Assembly: GCA_964016885.1 (NCBI GenBank)
Contig: OZ024752.1
Span: forward strand, 39,308,001 to 39,372,000
Source of the DNA: Eledone cirrhosa
Lineage: Eukaryota
Reading direction: 5' to 3'
DNA length: 64,000 nucleotides
Numbering within the stretch: position 1 is the stretch's first letter; the number at the start of each line of letters is the position of its first letter. A program made the position numbers and the translations under genes. This document shows, one piece after another, positions 12,836-24,640 of the stretch. A model generated the notes under the pieces. The model made no database searches and was not told the DNA's origin. It was given only the letters and a program-made list of their open reading frames with translations.

Positions 12836-13840
12836 GTGAATGATTTAGTCCTGTGTATTATACTTTCATGAAGTACACAGTGACTGATTTAGTCCTGTGT
12901 ATTATACTTTCATGAAGTACACAGTGAATGATTTAGTCCTGTGTATTATACTTTCATGAAGTACACAGTGAATGATTTAGTCCTGTGTATTATACTTTCA
13001 TGAAGTACACAGTGAATGATTTAGTCCTGTGTATTATACTTTCATGAAGTACACAGTGACTGATTTAGTCCTGTGTATTATACTTTCATGAAGTACACAG
13101 TGAATGATTTAGTCCTGTGTATTATACTTTCATGAAGTACACAGTGAATGATTTAGTCCTGTGTATTATACTTTCATGAAGTACACAGTGACTGATTTAG
13201 TCCTGTGTATTATACTTTCATGAAGTACACAGTGAATGATTTAGTCCTGTGTATTATACTTTCATGAAGTACACAGTGACTGATTTAGTCCTGTGTATTA
13301 TACTTTCATGAAGTACACAGTGACTGATTTAGTCCTGTGTATTATACTTTCATGAAGTACACAGTGAATGATTTAGTCCTGTGTATTATACTTTCATGAA
13401 GTACACAGTGAATGATTTAGTCCTGTGTATTATACTTTCATGAAGTACACAGTGAATGATTTAGTCCTGTGTATTATACTTTCATGAAGTACACAGTGAA
13501 TGATTTAGTCCTGTGTATTATACTTTCATGAAGTACACAGTGAATGATTTAGTCCTGTGTATTATACTTTCATGAAGTACACAGTGAATGATTTAGTCCT
13601 GTGTATTATACTTTCATGAAGTACACAGTGAATGATTTAGTCCTGTGTATTATACTTTCATGAAGTACACAGTGAATGATTTAGTCCTGTGTATTATACT
13701 TTCATGAAGTACACAGTGAATGATTTAGTCCTGTGTATTATACTTTCATGAAGTACACAGTGAATGATTTAGTCCTGTGTATTATACTTTCATGAAGTAC
13801 ACAGTGAATGATTTAGTCCTGTGTATTATACTTTCATGAA
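12836..13840. repeat. 44-bp tandem array, about 23 copies
   Basis: Unit GTGA(A/C)TGATTTAGTCCTGTGTATTATACTTTCATGAAGTACACA. Confidence 0.97.
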
Positions 13841-14281
13841 GGCAAACAGCTTAGTGGTTAGAGTGTTGGGCTTGCAATCATGAGATTGTAAGTTCGATTT
13901 TCGAACCAGGTGATGTATAGTCTTCTTGAGCAAGGCACTTTATTTCATGTTTCTCCAGTTTACTCAGCTGTAGAAATATGTTGCGACATCACTGGTGCCA
14001 AGCTGTATCAGCCATTGCCTTTGCCTTGGACAACATTAGTGGTGTGGATGTTTATGCAGATGTGGCAAGCCGTATATATATATATATTCTAGCCATTAGA
14101 AGAAGCAAAATGAATACTTTACCTTTGAAAGAAGGATGAATTAAAAAAAAGAAGAATTATACTGTCTAAAACTAGTTTTGTTATGGCTGGGATATCCTGG
14201 AACTTACATCTGCTTAATGAAGGCCAACATATGGTTAAATAAAATCAGCCCTATCTAAAAGAGAATATTCCAATAACTTAC

Positions 14282-14349
14282 CTGTTGGTCAAAACCAGAG
14301 ATTTTTATATGATATTCTGGTAAAGGCTTAAGAAATCCATGATATTGAC
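14282..14349 (-). CDS. PRKDC: DNA-PKcs exon (GQYHGFLKPLPEYHIKISGFDQQ)
   Basis: Matches human [23 protein letters not shown]. Confidence 0.96.
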
Positions 14350-14931
14350 CTAGAAAATAAAATGAATAATAAACAGCAAATGATGGTTTATTAAAACAAG
14401 TAGGAAGCCAGCAGTCTTGAGGTCCTTAAGACTAACCTTCTGGAAGAAGTTTGGATTTTTGCTTTAAAAAAAAAATTGATGATGATGATGATGATGATGT
14501 ATTTATCAAACATGTAGTTTAGTTGTTGTTAGCCGAACTAACAACAACTAACCCACTGACCGCTTCAAGTCAAAATCTCGTTTTTTTCTGCTTTTTCTAC
14601 TTATAACCTCTAGGATTGTGTTTACCATTATTCCTTTATTGTATAACTATTATGCAATATACACCTGATGATGTTACCAGGATTCTACATAACCTGGCCA
14701 CTGTAATGTTTGTAGAAATAAAACTTTGAAGGAATTTCACCAGTCTAGCCTCCTGTGATTGTATTCAATAATAATTAACTCCATTCTCACACCACCAACA
14801 GGATTCAACTTTGAAGATGGAAGAGTTGTGTAACGTTGAGTGCTTTCCTCCCTACTATTACATCATGATTAACTATACAGATTGACCAGTTCTATCCAGT
14901 GGTGAACCACCAAACTTCAATATGTATATAT

Positions 14932-15184
14932 ATATAGAAATTACATGAATCAAAGTTCTGTTCAAATCATTTATTCGCTTACAATTGTTTCTTCCAAACC
15001 AAGGTTTGGAGTCTTCGGAGCAATTTTTCAATGATTGATTACATACTTGACCTCCTTATCATCAATCAGTATGTAATCAATCATTGAAAAATTGCTCCGA
15101 AGACTCCAAACCTTGGTTTGGAAGAAACAATTGTAAGCGAATAAATGATTTGAACAGAACTTTGATTCATGTAATTTCTATATA
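14932..15184. repeat. Near-perfect foldback, about 115-bp arms
   Basis: TATAGAAATTACATGAATC...GATTCATGTAATTTCTATA. Confidence 0.95.
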
Positions 15185-15409
15185 ACTGCTCTGTAGAACA
15201 ACTGATGTTATTACATTGAGCTATTTATCTTACTGGTAATAAGGTAGTAATATATTACTGTCTTTCACTGTTTAGGGTTTAAAATATATATAACTATAAA
15301 AGATTTTACTGTATACATAACCATAAATAGTATCCTTAATATTATATATATGAAGAAGAGAGGTGGCTGTGTAGTTGCTGGAAGGTATACTTAAAAATAG
15401 GAAGAATGC

Positions 15410-15748
15410 ATGAACGGGAGAAAGTTTTCCTTCATCAGTTGTCTGCTGGGGGTCTTGGATATTTCTACGCATTAAAGACAAAATATCTCGCCCCAGTGCG
15501 TTCAATAACTAAGGTAAGTTATTGGGAAAAGAAAATATAGGATAATAGAGTGAGAGAAAGAAAATATAGGATAACATTTTCCCTTTTCCCTTCTGTTATC
15601 CTATATTTTCTTTCTCTCCCTCCTTTTTTTCCCAATAACTTACCTTAGTTATTGAATGCACTGAGGCGAGATACCTTGTCTTTAATGCGTAGAAATATCC
15701 AAGACCCCCCAGCAGACAACTGATGAAGGAAAACTTTCTCCCGTTCAT
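15410..15748. repeat. Foldback, about 120-bp arms
   Basis: ATGAACGGGAGAAAGTTTTCCTTCATCAG...CTGATGAAGGAAAACTTTCTCCCGTTCAT. Confidence 0.92.
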
Positions 15749-15799
15749 ATTTTCTTCCTATATATATATATATATATATAATACAAAATACATATATAT

Positions 15800-16381
15800 A
15801 CAAAATACACCCCCGTCCCACTACCCCCACCCCATCCACACCACCCCTTTCAATGTAAAGTTATGTTGGTACCACAACATCCAGCCCGAAACAAATGAGG
15901 TCGTGTAGGTGTCACGACAAAAAAAAAACACACAGTCCACGCTGTAATGTGGCCGTGTAGGTAACACGGTAAAAACCTCCCAGTTCCACACTGTAAATGT
16001 GGTTGGTGTTAGGAAGGGCATCCAGCTGTAGAAAACCTGCCAGACAGTCCACGCTGTAATGTGGCCGTGTAGGTAACACGGTAAAAACCTCCCAGTTCCA
16101 CACTGTAAATGTGGTTGGTGTTAGGAAGGGCATCCAGCTGTAGAAAACCCGCCAGACAGTCCACGCTGTAATGTGGCCGTGTAGGCAACACGGTAAAAAC
16201 CTCCCAGCCCCACACTGTAAATGTGGTTGGTGTTAGGAAGGGCATCCAGCTGTAGAAAACCCGCCAGACAGTCCTATGCGAGCAAGACAACCACTCTTGC
16301 CTCAAGTGGGAAAACTCCCGTCCAAACCCATGCGAGCGTGGAACACGGACGTTAAACCTGATGATGATGAGATGATGATGA
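15800..16381 (+). mobile_element. (GAT)n-tailed retroposon 3' module with internal ~120-bp triplication (also 2625-3050, 24670-25165, 35885-36075, 45405-45670)
   Basis: Repeated CACTGTAAATGTGGTTGGTGTTAGGAAGGGCATCCAGC...GGACGTTAAAC(GAT)n. Confidence 0.8.
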
Positions 16382-16392
16382 TATATATATAT

Positions 16393-16668
16393 AATATTAA
16401 GACTATTAATAAATGGAAAATATCTTTATAAAACCATATTTATTTTATTATACATATTTCAAGTATGCTTTCGTCAGATAAAATATATTATTTGGTGTTA
16501 AGATAGTGACATATCTTCAAGTGAACTTAATGATATAAGTCCTATGAAGATATTTTATATTTTATCTGACGAAAGCATATTTAAATATCAGTACCCTTGA
16601 AATATGTATAATAAAATAAATATGGTTTTATAAAGATATTTTCCATTTATTAATATTACTAATATTAA
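16393..16668. repeat. Foldback carrying hammerhead motifs on both arms
   Basis: TATTAATAAATGGAAAATATCTTTATAAAACCATATT...inverted at 16611-16656. Confidence 0.9.
16441..16485 (-). ncRNA. Minimal type-I hammerhead ribozyme motif
   Basis: UAUUUUAU-CUGACGA-AAG(CAUA)CUU-GAAA-UAUGUA-UA-AUAAAAUA: 8-bp stem I, canonical core. Confidence 0.65.
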
Positions 16669-17077
16669 TGATAAAAATTCAGTAGAGTGCTTCTAATTTG
16701 TTGTAAAATTAACTTTGTTGAATAATCAACAAACCTTATAACTCATTGTTTATCATCAACATCATCATTTTACGTCCGCTTTTCCCTCCTTGCAAGGGTG
16801 GTACGGGAACTAATTCTGGCTTGATTTCTACAGCTGGATGCCCTTCCTAACACCACCCTCATTTACAGTGAGTGCTGAGTGCTTTTTTTCCGTGGCGCCT
16901 ACACGTCCACTTTACAGTGTGGGCTCGGTGCTTTTTTGCCGTGGCACCTCCACAACCACTTTGCAGTGGAATGATAGGGACCCCAGTCCCTATCATCTCA
17001 TTTCTACAGCTGAGTAAACTGGAGCAATGTAAAATAAAGTGTCTTGCTCAAGGAAACAACACATCACCTGTTTATAT

Positions 17078-17109
<32 letters not shown>

Positions 17110-17440
17110 TACACGAAGGTAAGCTGAAACGGTCATAGGTTGACTATGAAGAATTGATGCTAGAGCTGTGAAATCTTGCATGCATTAATTTCAACTCTTC
17201 TTATTAATAACTGCACTGTTTCTTAAAAACAAAATTCTAAGTTGCCTTGGTTAAATAAAGTTGATAGTTTAAAACAGTCTTCTCATCTGAAAGCCGTTTT
17301 ATATTTGTTATCATTATAATAGAATACAACTGAATGAATGTGATAAAATAAACCTAAGTATTGACTAAAGAATAGCCTCATTTATCATATAAACAAAATC
17401 ATTATCAAGAACAATATGGCAAATTTAATTTGAGACTAAC

Positions 17441-17567
17441 CAGGAATTTCCAGATTATCAAGTAAAGGATCAAAACTTGACATCCAAGAACTGAATTCTT
17501 CAAGTACTTCTGGTTCCTTATTTCTCTCTAATTTTTGAAAAATGTCATGATAGTGCTCCTTCAATTT
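17441..17567 (-). CDS. PRKDC: DNA-PKcs exon (LEEFSSWMSSFDPLLDNLEIPG)
   Basis: Matches human LKECSPWMSDF...LEIPG. Confidence 0.94.
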
Positions 17568-17646
17568 CTAAAATAACAAAACAAAAAAAAACAAAAAAAC
17601 AATTGTATGTTGTAGAAATATAAAAGTAGTTCTGTTTCTTCTCTCC

Positions 17647-19118
17647 TTAACCTGTTGATTGCCGTGTATATTTTTACACAGCTACAGTTGGTGTGCTGGG
17701 TTTCCTTTCCAGTAAAATAACTATTTTGATTGACAAAAGTCACACCAATAAACTAGTAACCCCATCTAGCTTTGAAGTTATGAATTGATGGAAATGAGTT
17801 CATAACTTTGAAGTTATGAATTGTTGGAAACGAGTTCATAACTTTGAAGTTATGAATTGTTGGAAACGAGTTCATAACTTTGAAGTTATGAATTGTTGGA
17901 AACGAGTTCATAACTTTGAAGTTATGAATTGTTGGGAAGGAGTTCATAACTTTGAAGTTATGAATTGTTGGAAACGAGTTCATAACTTTGAAGTTATGAA
18001 TTGTTGGAAACGAGTTCATAACTTTGAAGTTATGAATTGTTGGGAAGGAGTTCATAACTTTGAAGTTATGAATTGTTGGAAACGAGTTCATAACTTTGAA
18101 GTTATGAATTGTTGGAAACGAGTTCATAACTTTGAAGTTATGAACTGTTGGGAAGGAGTTCATAACTTTGAAGTTATGAATTGTTGGAAACGAGTTCATA
18201 ACTTTGAAGTTATGAATTGTTGGAAACGAGTTCATAACTTTGAAGTTATGAACTGTTGGGAAGGAGTTCATAACTTTGAAGTTATGAATTGTTGGAAACG
18301 AGTTCATAACTTTGAAGTTATGAATTGTTGGAAACAAGTTCATAACTTTGAAGTTATGAATTGTTGGAAACGAGTTCATAACTTTGAAGTTATGAATTGT
18401 TGGAAACGAGTTCATAACTTTGAAGTTATGAATTGTTGGGAAGGAGTTCATAACTTTGAAGTTATGAATTGTTGGAAACGAGTTCATAACTTTGAAGTTA
18501 TGAATTGTTGGAAACGAGTTCATAACTTTGAAGTTATGAATTGTTGGAAACGAGTTCATAACTTTGAAGTTATGAATTGTTGGAAACGAGTTCATAACTT
18601 TGAAGTTATGAACTGTTGGGAAGGAGTTCATAACTTTGAAGTTATGAATTGTTGGAAACGAGTTCATAACTTTGAAGTTATGAATTGTTGGAAACAAGTT
18701 CATAACTTTGAAGTTATGAATTGTTGGAAACGAGTTCATAACTTTGAAGTTATGAATTGTTGGAAACGAGTTCATAACTTTGAAGTTATGAACTGTTGGG
18801 AAGGAGTTCATAACTTTGAAGTTATGAATTGTTGGAAACGAGTTCATAACTTTGAAGTTATGAATTGTTGGAAACGAGTTCATAACTTTGAAGTTATGAA
18901 CTGTTGGGAAGGAGTTCATAACTTTGAAGTTATGAATTGTTGGAAACGAGTTCATAACTTTGAAGTTATGAATTGTTGGAAACGAGTTCATAACTTTGAA
19001 GTTATGAACTGTTGGGAAGGAGTTCAAACATGTTAAGATGAATTATCTCATCTGTGGCACTGGAATGTATACATCTTTTCATGTATGCAGAAATGAATGA
19101 GGTCTGCCAGAGGTTTTT
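17647..19118. mobile_element. Second TTAA-terminated MITE family, hosting a 36-bp array (related pieces 1826-2275, 5520-5769, 47058-47266)
   Basis: Shared TTAACCTGTTGA(T/C)TGC end and internal GATGGGGTTACTAGTTTATTG. Confidence 0.7.
17771..19026. repeat. 36-bp palindromic tandem array, about 35 copies
   Basis: Unit AAGTTATGAA-TTGTTGGAAACGAG-TTCATAACTT-TG. Confidence 0.97.
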
Positions 19119-19817
19119 AGTCAGGAATCAAAATACATAGAACATGTGATAAATATTTATGAACTTCAATGTGTATACATCATCGTCGTTATCATCATCA
19201 TCCTTTTTACGTCCATTTCTTCACGCTTGCATGGGTTGGACAAGTCCTTCTTAGCACATCATCTCTCCACTCGCCACGTTCACGTCATTTCCTCTATCAG
19301 TCTCAGCGATTTTAGATCAGCTCTTCTTCTCCACTGCGATTTTCTGGAACTTCTTCACCCAGCAATCGTTATCGATGTGCATCACATGCCCATACCAATG
19401 CAGTCTTCTCTGTTTCACATCACTTCTGATTCCTCATAAATCATAGTATTTCGAGGTGTAATCCCTTAATTTGGAGAAGTAGTGGCTCTACCTGGAGCAA
19501 CTCTCTGATCTCCAATCTCCAAGCTACACACTCTATCGAGTAACATTGTTCCAAAGACCCTTCGGAAGAACCCCATTTTGGCCATTTGTATTTGCGATCA
19601 TAGGTAAAAGGTTGGCACAAATACCAAACACCGGTGGAGACTATAAAATGCAAAATTTTGTCTCTGATTTTCGAGCAAATAGTTTAACTATTGAAAAATT
19701 TTGAAATATTTAACAATGTATTTTTCAACTTCCTCAATAGAGAATTATTATAGTAGCAACTTTATTTTTAACCTTACTTTAAGATAATACTAATTTCAAA
19801 TGAATCAGCTTGATTAC

Positions 19818-19886
19818 CTTTTCTCCCATGTTACTTATCTTGGAACCATCTTTTCCAAAGGATTTGACAAATAAAGAATGGAAATT
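19818..19886 (-). CDS. PRKDC: DNA-PKcs exon (NFHSLFVKSFGKDGSKISNMGEK)
   Basis: Matches human FDKHFGKGGSKL. Confidence 0.9.
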
Positions 19887-20282
19887 CTATAAAAAAAATA
19901 CAAAAAAATACAGAAAACAAGAATATTTTCAAAATGTTTTAGATAAAAACTTTTATCCATTACATACGTTACTGAAGTTTTATGAATATCTGTTACAGTT
20001 AAAAGCTTGTCCATGGTGAAACATGTTATATAGATACTCACACATTCACATGAACACATTTTAGTGATTAAAACTGTCTAGTATTATCAACAGGAAAAGA
20101 GAGAAAAGAAAATGGGAAAGTGAAGAAAAATAAAAGAATGTTGTTCCAATAGCATTTAAACAGGACGTATCTAGTCAGAATTCTCTCACCTTTCTGTTCA
20201 AACTAGCTGTAACTGGCCACTCAAACTGATGTTAAGGTATTGTTCTCAAAATAAAAAATATCAAAATCTCATAGATTCGATA

Positions 20283-21287
20283 TTATGTGAGACAATTATG
20301 TGAGGTAAAGCCTTTACCATGAAAATACAATAGTATATATAGAGTAATGTAAATACTGTGTGAGATATTATGTGAGGTAAAGCCTTTACCATGAAAATAC
20401 AGTAGTATATATAGAGTAATGTAAATACTATGTGAGATAATTATGTGAGGTAAAGCCTTTACCATGAAAATATAATAGTAAATATAGAGTAATGTAAATA
20501 CTATGTGAGATAATTATGTGACGTAAAGCCTTTACCATGAAAATATAATAGTATATATAGAGTAATGTAAATACTATGTGAGATATTATGTGAGGTAAAG
20601 CCTTTACCATGAAAATACAGTAGTATATATAGAGTAATGTAAATACTATGTGAGATAAAGCCTTAACCATGAAAATATGATAGTAAATATAGAGTAATGT
20701 AAATACTATGTGAGATAATTATGTGAGGTAAAGCCTTTACCATGAAAATATGATAGTAAATATAGAGTAATGTAAATACTATGTGAGATAATTATGTGAG
20801 ATAAAGCCTTTACCATGAAAATATAATAGTAAATATAGAGTAATGTAAATACTATGTGAGATAATTATGTGAGGTAAAGCCTTTACCATGAAAATATAAT
20901 AGTAAATATAGAGTAATGTAAATACTATGTGAGATAATTATGTGAGGTAAAGCCTTTACTGTGAAAATATAATAGTAAATATAGAGTAATGTAAATACTA
21001 TGTGAGATAATTATGTGAGGTAAAGCCTTTACCATGAAAATATGATAGTAAATATAGAGTAATGTAAATACTATGTGAGATAATTATGTGAGATAAAGCC
21101 TTTACCATGAAAATATAATAGTAAATATAGAGTAATGTAAATACTATGTGAGATAATTATGTGAGGTAAAGCCTTTACCATGAAAATATAATAGTAAATA
21201 TAGAGTAATGTAAATACTATGTGAGATAATTATGTAAGGTAAAGCTTTTACCATGAAAATATAATAGTAAATATAGAGTAATGTAAC
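20283..21287. repeat. ~73-bp tandem array, about 14 copies, same MITE segment as 7045-8490
   Basis: Same unit with diagnostic AAATACTATGTG variant; MITE body adjoins at 20150-20283. Confidence 0.95.
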
Positions 21288-22321
21288 TGTTTGTTTACAA
21301 TACATTAATTGTTTCTACTTTAGGCACAAGGCCAGCAATTACCAGTGCATTACTGGTACTTTATTTTATCGACCCCGTAAGGATGAAAGGCAAAGTCAAC
21401 CTCGGCGGGATTTGAACTCAGATCATAAACGGACGTAACTATGCTGGAAAGCATGGCGTCCGACCCTCTACCGATACTGCCAATCCACCGCCATACATTA
21501 ATGTTTGTTTGTATCTGCAGGACAAGTAGTAGATGAGTATTCTAAATGTTCTAAAATTTGTATTACAAAATTTTGCCATTATCAGAATCATAATTTTTTC
21601 TAAAAACAAAATCAAGAATTTATTAAAAAAGGATAAAAACAAAATTAAGAAAAGTAAAAAATAGGAAAAAGGGGAAAGGGTAAAGACAATCAGTTCTGTC
21701 TGTATAGGAAAGTAGAGGAATAGACTATAAATGCCATAAATGAGAGGAAAAGGAGGAGAAGAGCAAGGATTATTAGGCAAAGGAAGAAAGAAATGGCGAA
21801 GAAAGAGAGGGTGATAAACTCTACACCAAGGTCAGAGTGGATAAAATGGCAAAGACAATTCTATGGACAATGATCAGTGACATTTGCTGATTCAAGTACA
21901 GAATATCACAACCCATAATGTATATTCAATGAAGCTATTAGTTCCTGATTAAGCATAAGTGTATTATTAAATTTGACTTGTTTGAAAAATATATAATAAA
22001 AAGACCAGGTTTCATCCTTTGTGAAATACACTTTGTAAGAAATACAATGAAATACATATATATATTGACATTTCGTATTTCTAAAGAAATACGTTATGTT
22101 TATGGATAAACATTTAGAAAGCTGTTAACATTTAAGTTTGAAATACATTGATGATTGTCCTCCTTGCTTCTGTTGGACACCGCCAGACGGCGATAACTTT
22201 GGTGTTTTGCATAGCTACAGCTTTTTAAATGTTTATCCATAAACATACCGTATTTCTTTAGAAATACAAAATTTCAATACATATCTGTATACAGTTATGC
22301 ATGAAACTAATTCCTAATTCT

Positions 22322-22350
<29 letters not shown>

Positions 22351-22353
<3 letters not shown>

Positions 22354-22495
22354 GGAAAAAGTATGACCCCGACGGCAGAGCTCAAGCCGTTTCGATGGCT
22401 ATTTCTGGACTCAGTCCAGAAATAGCCGTCGAAGAGTCCAGAAATAGCCATCGAAACGGCTTGAGCTCTGCCGTCGGGGTCATACTTTTTCCTAT
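22351..22495. repeat. GC-rich foldback beside (TA)n
   Basis: ATAGGAAAAAGTATGACCCCGACGGCAGAGC...GCTCTGCCGTCGGGGTCATACTTTTTCCTAT. Confidence 0.93.
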
Positions 22496-22571
22496 TTCCC
22501 ACTCTACTACCCTAAGTATTGAGTACTCTGGTGCATTATGGTCCATCTGGTTCCTTACCACAATTCCTTTG

Positions 22572-22606
<35 letters not shown>

Positions 22607-23255
22607 TTCTGTACAAGCAACATATGGTCATCTGATCTGGCATTGCTCACAACAGGATAACTCGTCTAATCCATGGAAAAATGGATGTTAAACGGTGATG
22701 GTGATTCATCATCATCATCATCATCATCATTTTACGTCCGCTTTTCCCTGCTTGCAAGGGTGGGACGTCCTTAATTATATTAATATAATTTTTAACAGAA
22801 CCTGGCTTTTTTCTTTTTTTAGATATAGATGAAAATTGAAATTTAGAAAATGATATTTTTTAGATCATGTTCAAATATAATAAATGTGTCAATAATATTG
22901 GATTATTCCAAGATATAAAACATATAAAACTAATTTGTTTAAAGAACACAAAGATATGACAATAAAAAAGACCCAACATGAATTAACCATAAAATATAAA
23001 TTTAAATAATTTAAAAAGCCATACAATGCATTAGAAAATTAAAGGTGCCAAGATAACAAAAGCATCTTATCGTAGCAAATTTAATTATCCCAAATATTTT
23101 CGGGTTTAAAAACCCATTATTAAGGGAGTATCCCTGTGAAGGTCTTAAAGGATCAGTCGGAGAGGAGTTGCTAGGATGGCAGATTGAATTTAAATGTTAA
23201 TTATGAAATGTTTCAATGAAATAGAATAATTGAGATGAAATTAATTTATAATTAC

Positions 23256-23402
23256 TTTAGTAAATTCCAGATAATAAGGACTAAAGTTATTTTCACAAGA
23301 ATTCTCAAAGAGAACTGAGTGCATATCCTTATAAAGTTCTATGACTTTCTGAGTTTCTGGGTTTTTCTTCTTTAACAAAATAACGGAACAATTAATCCAA
23401 TC
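23256..23402 (-). CDS. PRKDC: DNA-PKcs exon (DWINCSVILL...VIELYKDMHSVL...YYLEFTK)
   Basis: cf. human DWSND...IEKMYERMYAAL; phase 0-0. Confidence 0.88.
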
Positions 23403-23737
23403 CTGAAAAATATAAATATAATTAATTATATTGTGAATACTTTTAAGGAAAAAAGACAACTACAACAAAAACCTTCATTAAATCAATACAGTAACTTTTT
23501 AGTTATTCAATGTTAGACTTAATTTATCCTCAGGTTTAACTCTTTAGCATTTAAAACGACCGTATCTGGCTAGAATTCTCTCTCCTCTTTCTATTCAAAC
23601 TGTCTGTAACCAGCTGCTCATACTGATGTTAAGGTATTGTTCTCAAAATAAATAATATCAAAATCTCATAGATTTAATATTATGTGAGGTAAAGTGTTTA
23701 CCATGAAAATTTAATAGTATATATAAAGTAATCTAAA

Positions 23738-24640
23738 TTCCAAACATGGAAGCATGGCCTACAATCAAAAGGCCTTAAAATTAACCTGTCTAAGACTAAA
23801 GTTCTAGTTTGTAGGAAGGAAAATAGGGTACCGGTCCCATCTGGGAAATGGCCTTGCTCAGTGTGTAGGAAAGGAGTAGGTAGAAACTCCATTTTATGTC
23901 CCAAATGCAAAGTATGGGTGCATAAAAGATGTAGTGGGATCACAGGTAAGCTAACTAAGAACATAGATTTTATATGTGGCCGGTGTTCTGGTGCAATAAG
24001 TAGCAGCAAGTGCCCACAGAATACTAGCTCATTCCATTGCACAGATGGTTCTATAGAAATAGTGGACACCTTCCGTTACTTGGGTGACAAAATCAGCAGT
24101 GGTGGAGGGTGCTCTGAAAGCACAGTAGCTAGAGTCAGAACTGGATGGAAAAAGTTCAGAGAGCTTATACCACTATTAGCCGCTAAAGGTTTCTCTCTAA
24201 AAATGAAAGGCAGGCTGTATGATGCCTGCATACGAACAGCAATGTTACATGGCAGTGAGATCTGGGCATTGTGTGCAGAGGATATACGCAGACTGGAGAG
24301 GAACGAAGCTTGCATGCTCCGCTGGATGTGTAATAGTAATATACGTGAATGGCAAAGCATAAACGAACTAAGGGAAAAATTAGAAATAAGAGGGATCAGA
24401 TGTTGTTTACTTGAGAGAAGACTACGTTGGTATGGTCACGTGATGTGCATGAAAGACGACAGCTGTATAAAAAAGTGCAGGGCAATAAAAATAGACAGTA
24501 GCCACGGAGTAGGCAGACCCAGAAAAACCTGGGACGACTTGATAAATTCCGACCTCGCACACTTACACCTCTCCAAGACAATGTCACTGGACCGAGATCT
24601 TTGGCACTACACAGTAATACAGAAGACCCACCTTACCTAA
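23738..24640 (+). mobile_element. 5'-truncated RTE-clade LINE (RT C-terminal part with Cys/His finger)
   Basis: ORF GLKINLSKTK...FRYLG...LHGSE.W...RRLRWYGHV...GRPRKTW. Confidence 0.9.

Noticed and set aside
17753-19036. 424-aa and 406-aa ORFs on opposite strands; CRISPR-like palindromic repeats
   Set aside because: Products of a 36-bp stop-free tandem unit; no unique spacers or cas genes; eukaryotic intron.
19855-19890. Antisense of exon 19818-19886 translates DLTNKEW, identical to residues in exon 9153-9248
   Set aside because: Only about 21 nt with several mismatches; both segments are explained by DNA-PKcs homology, so most likely coincidence.
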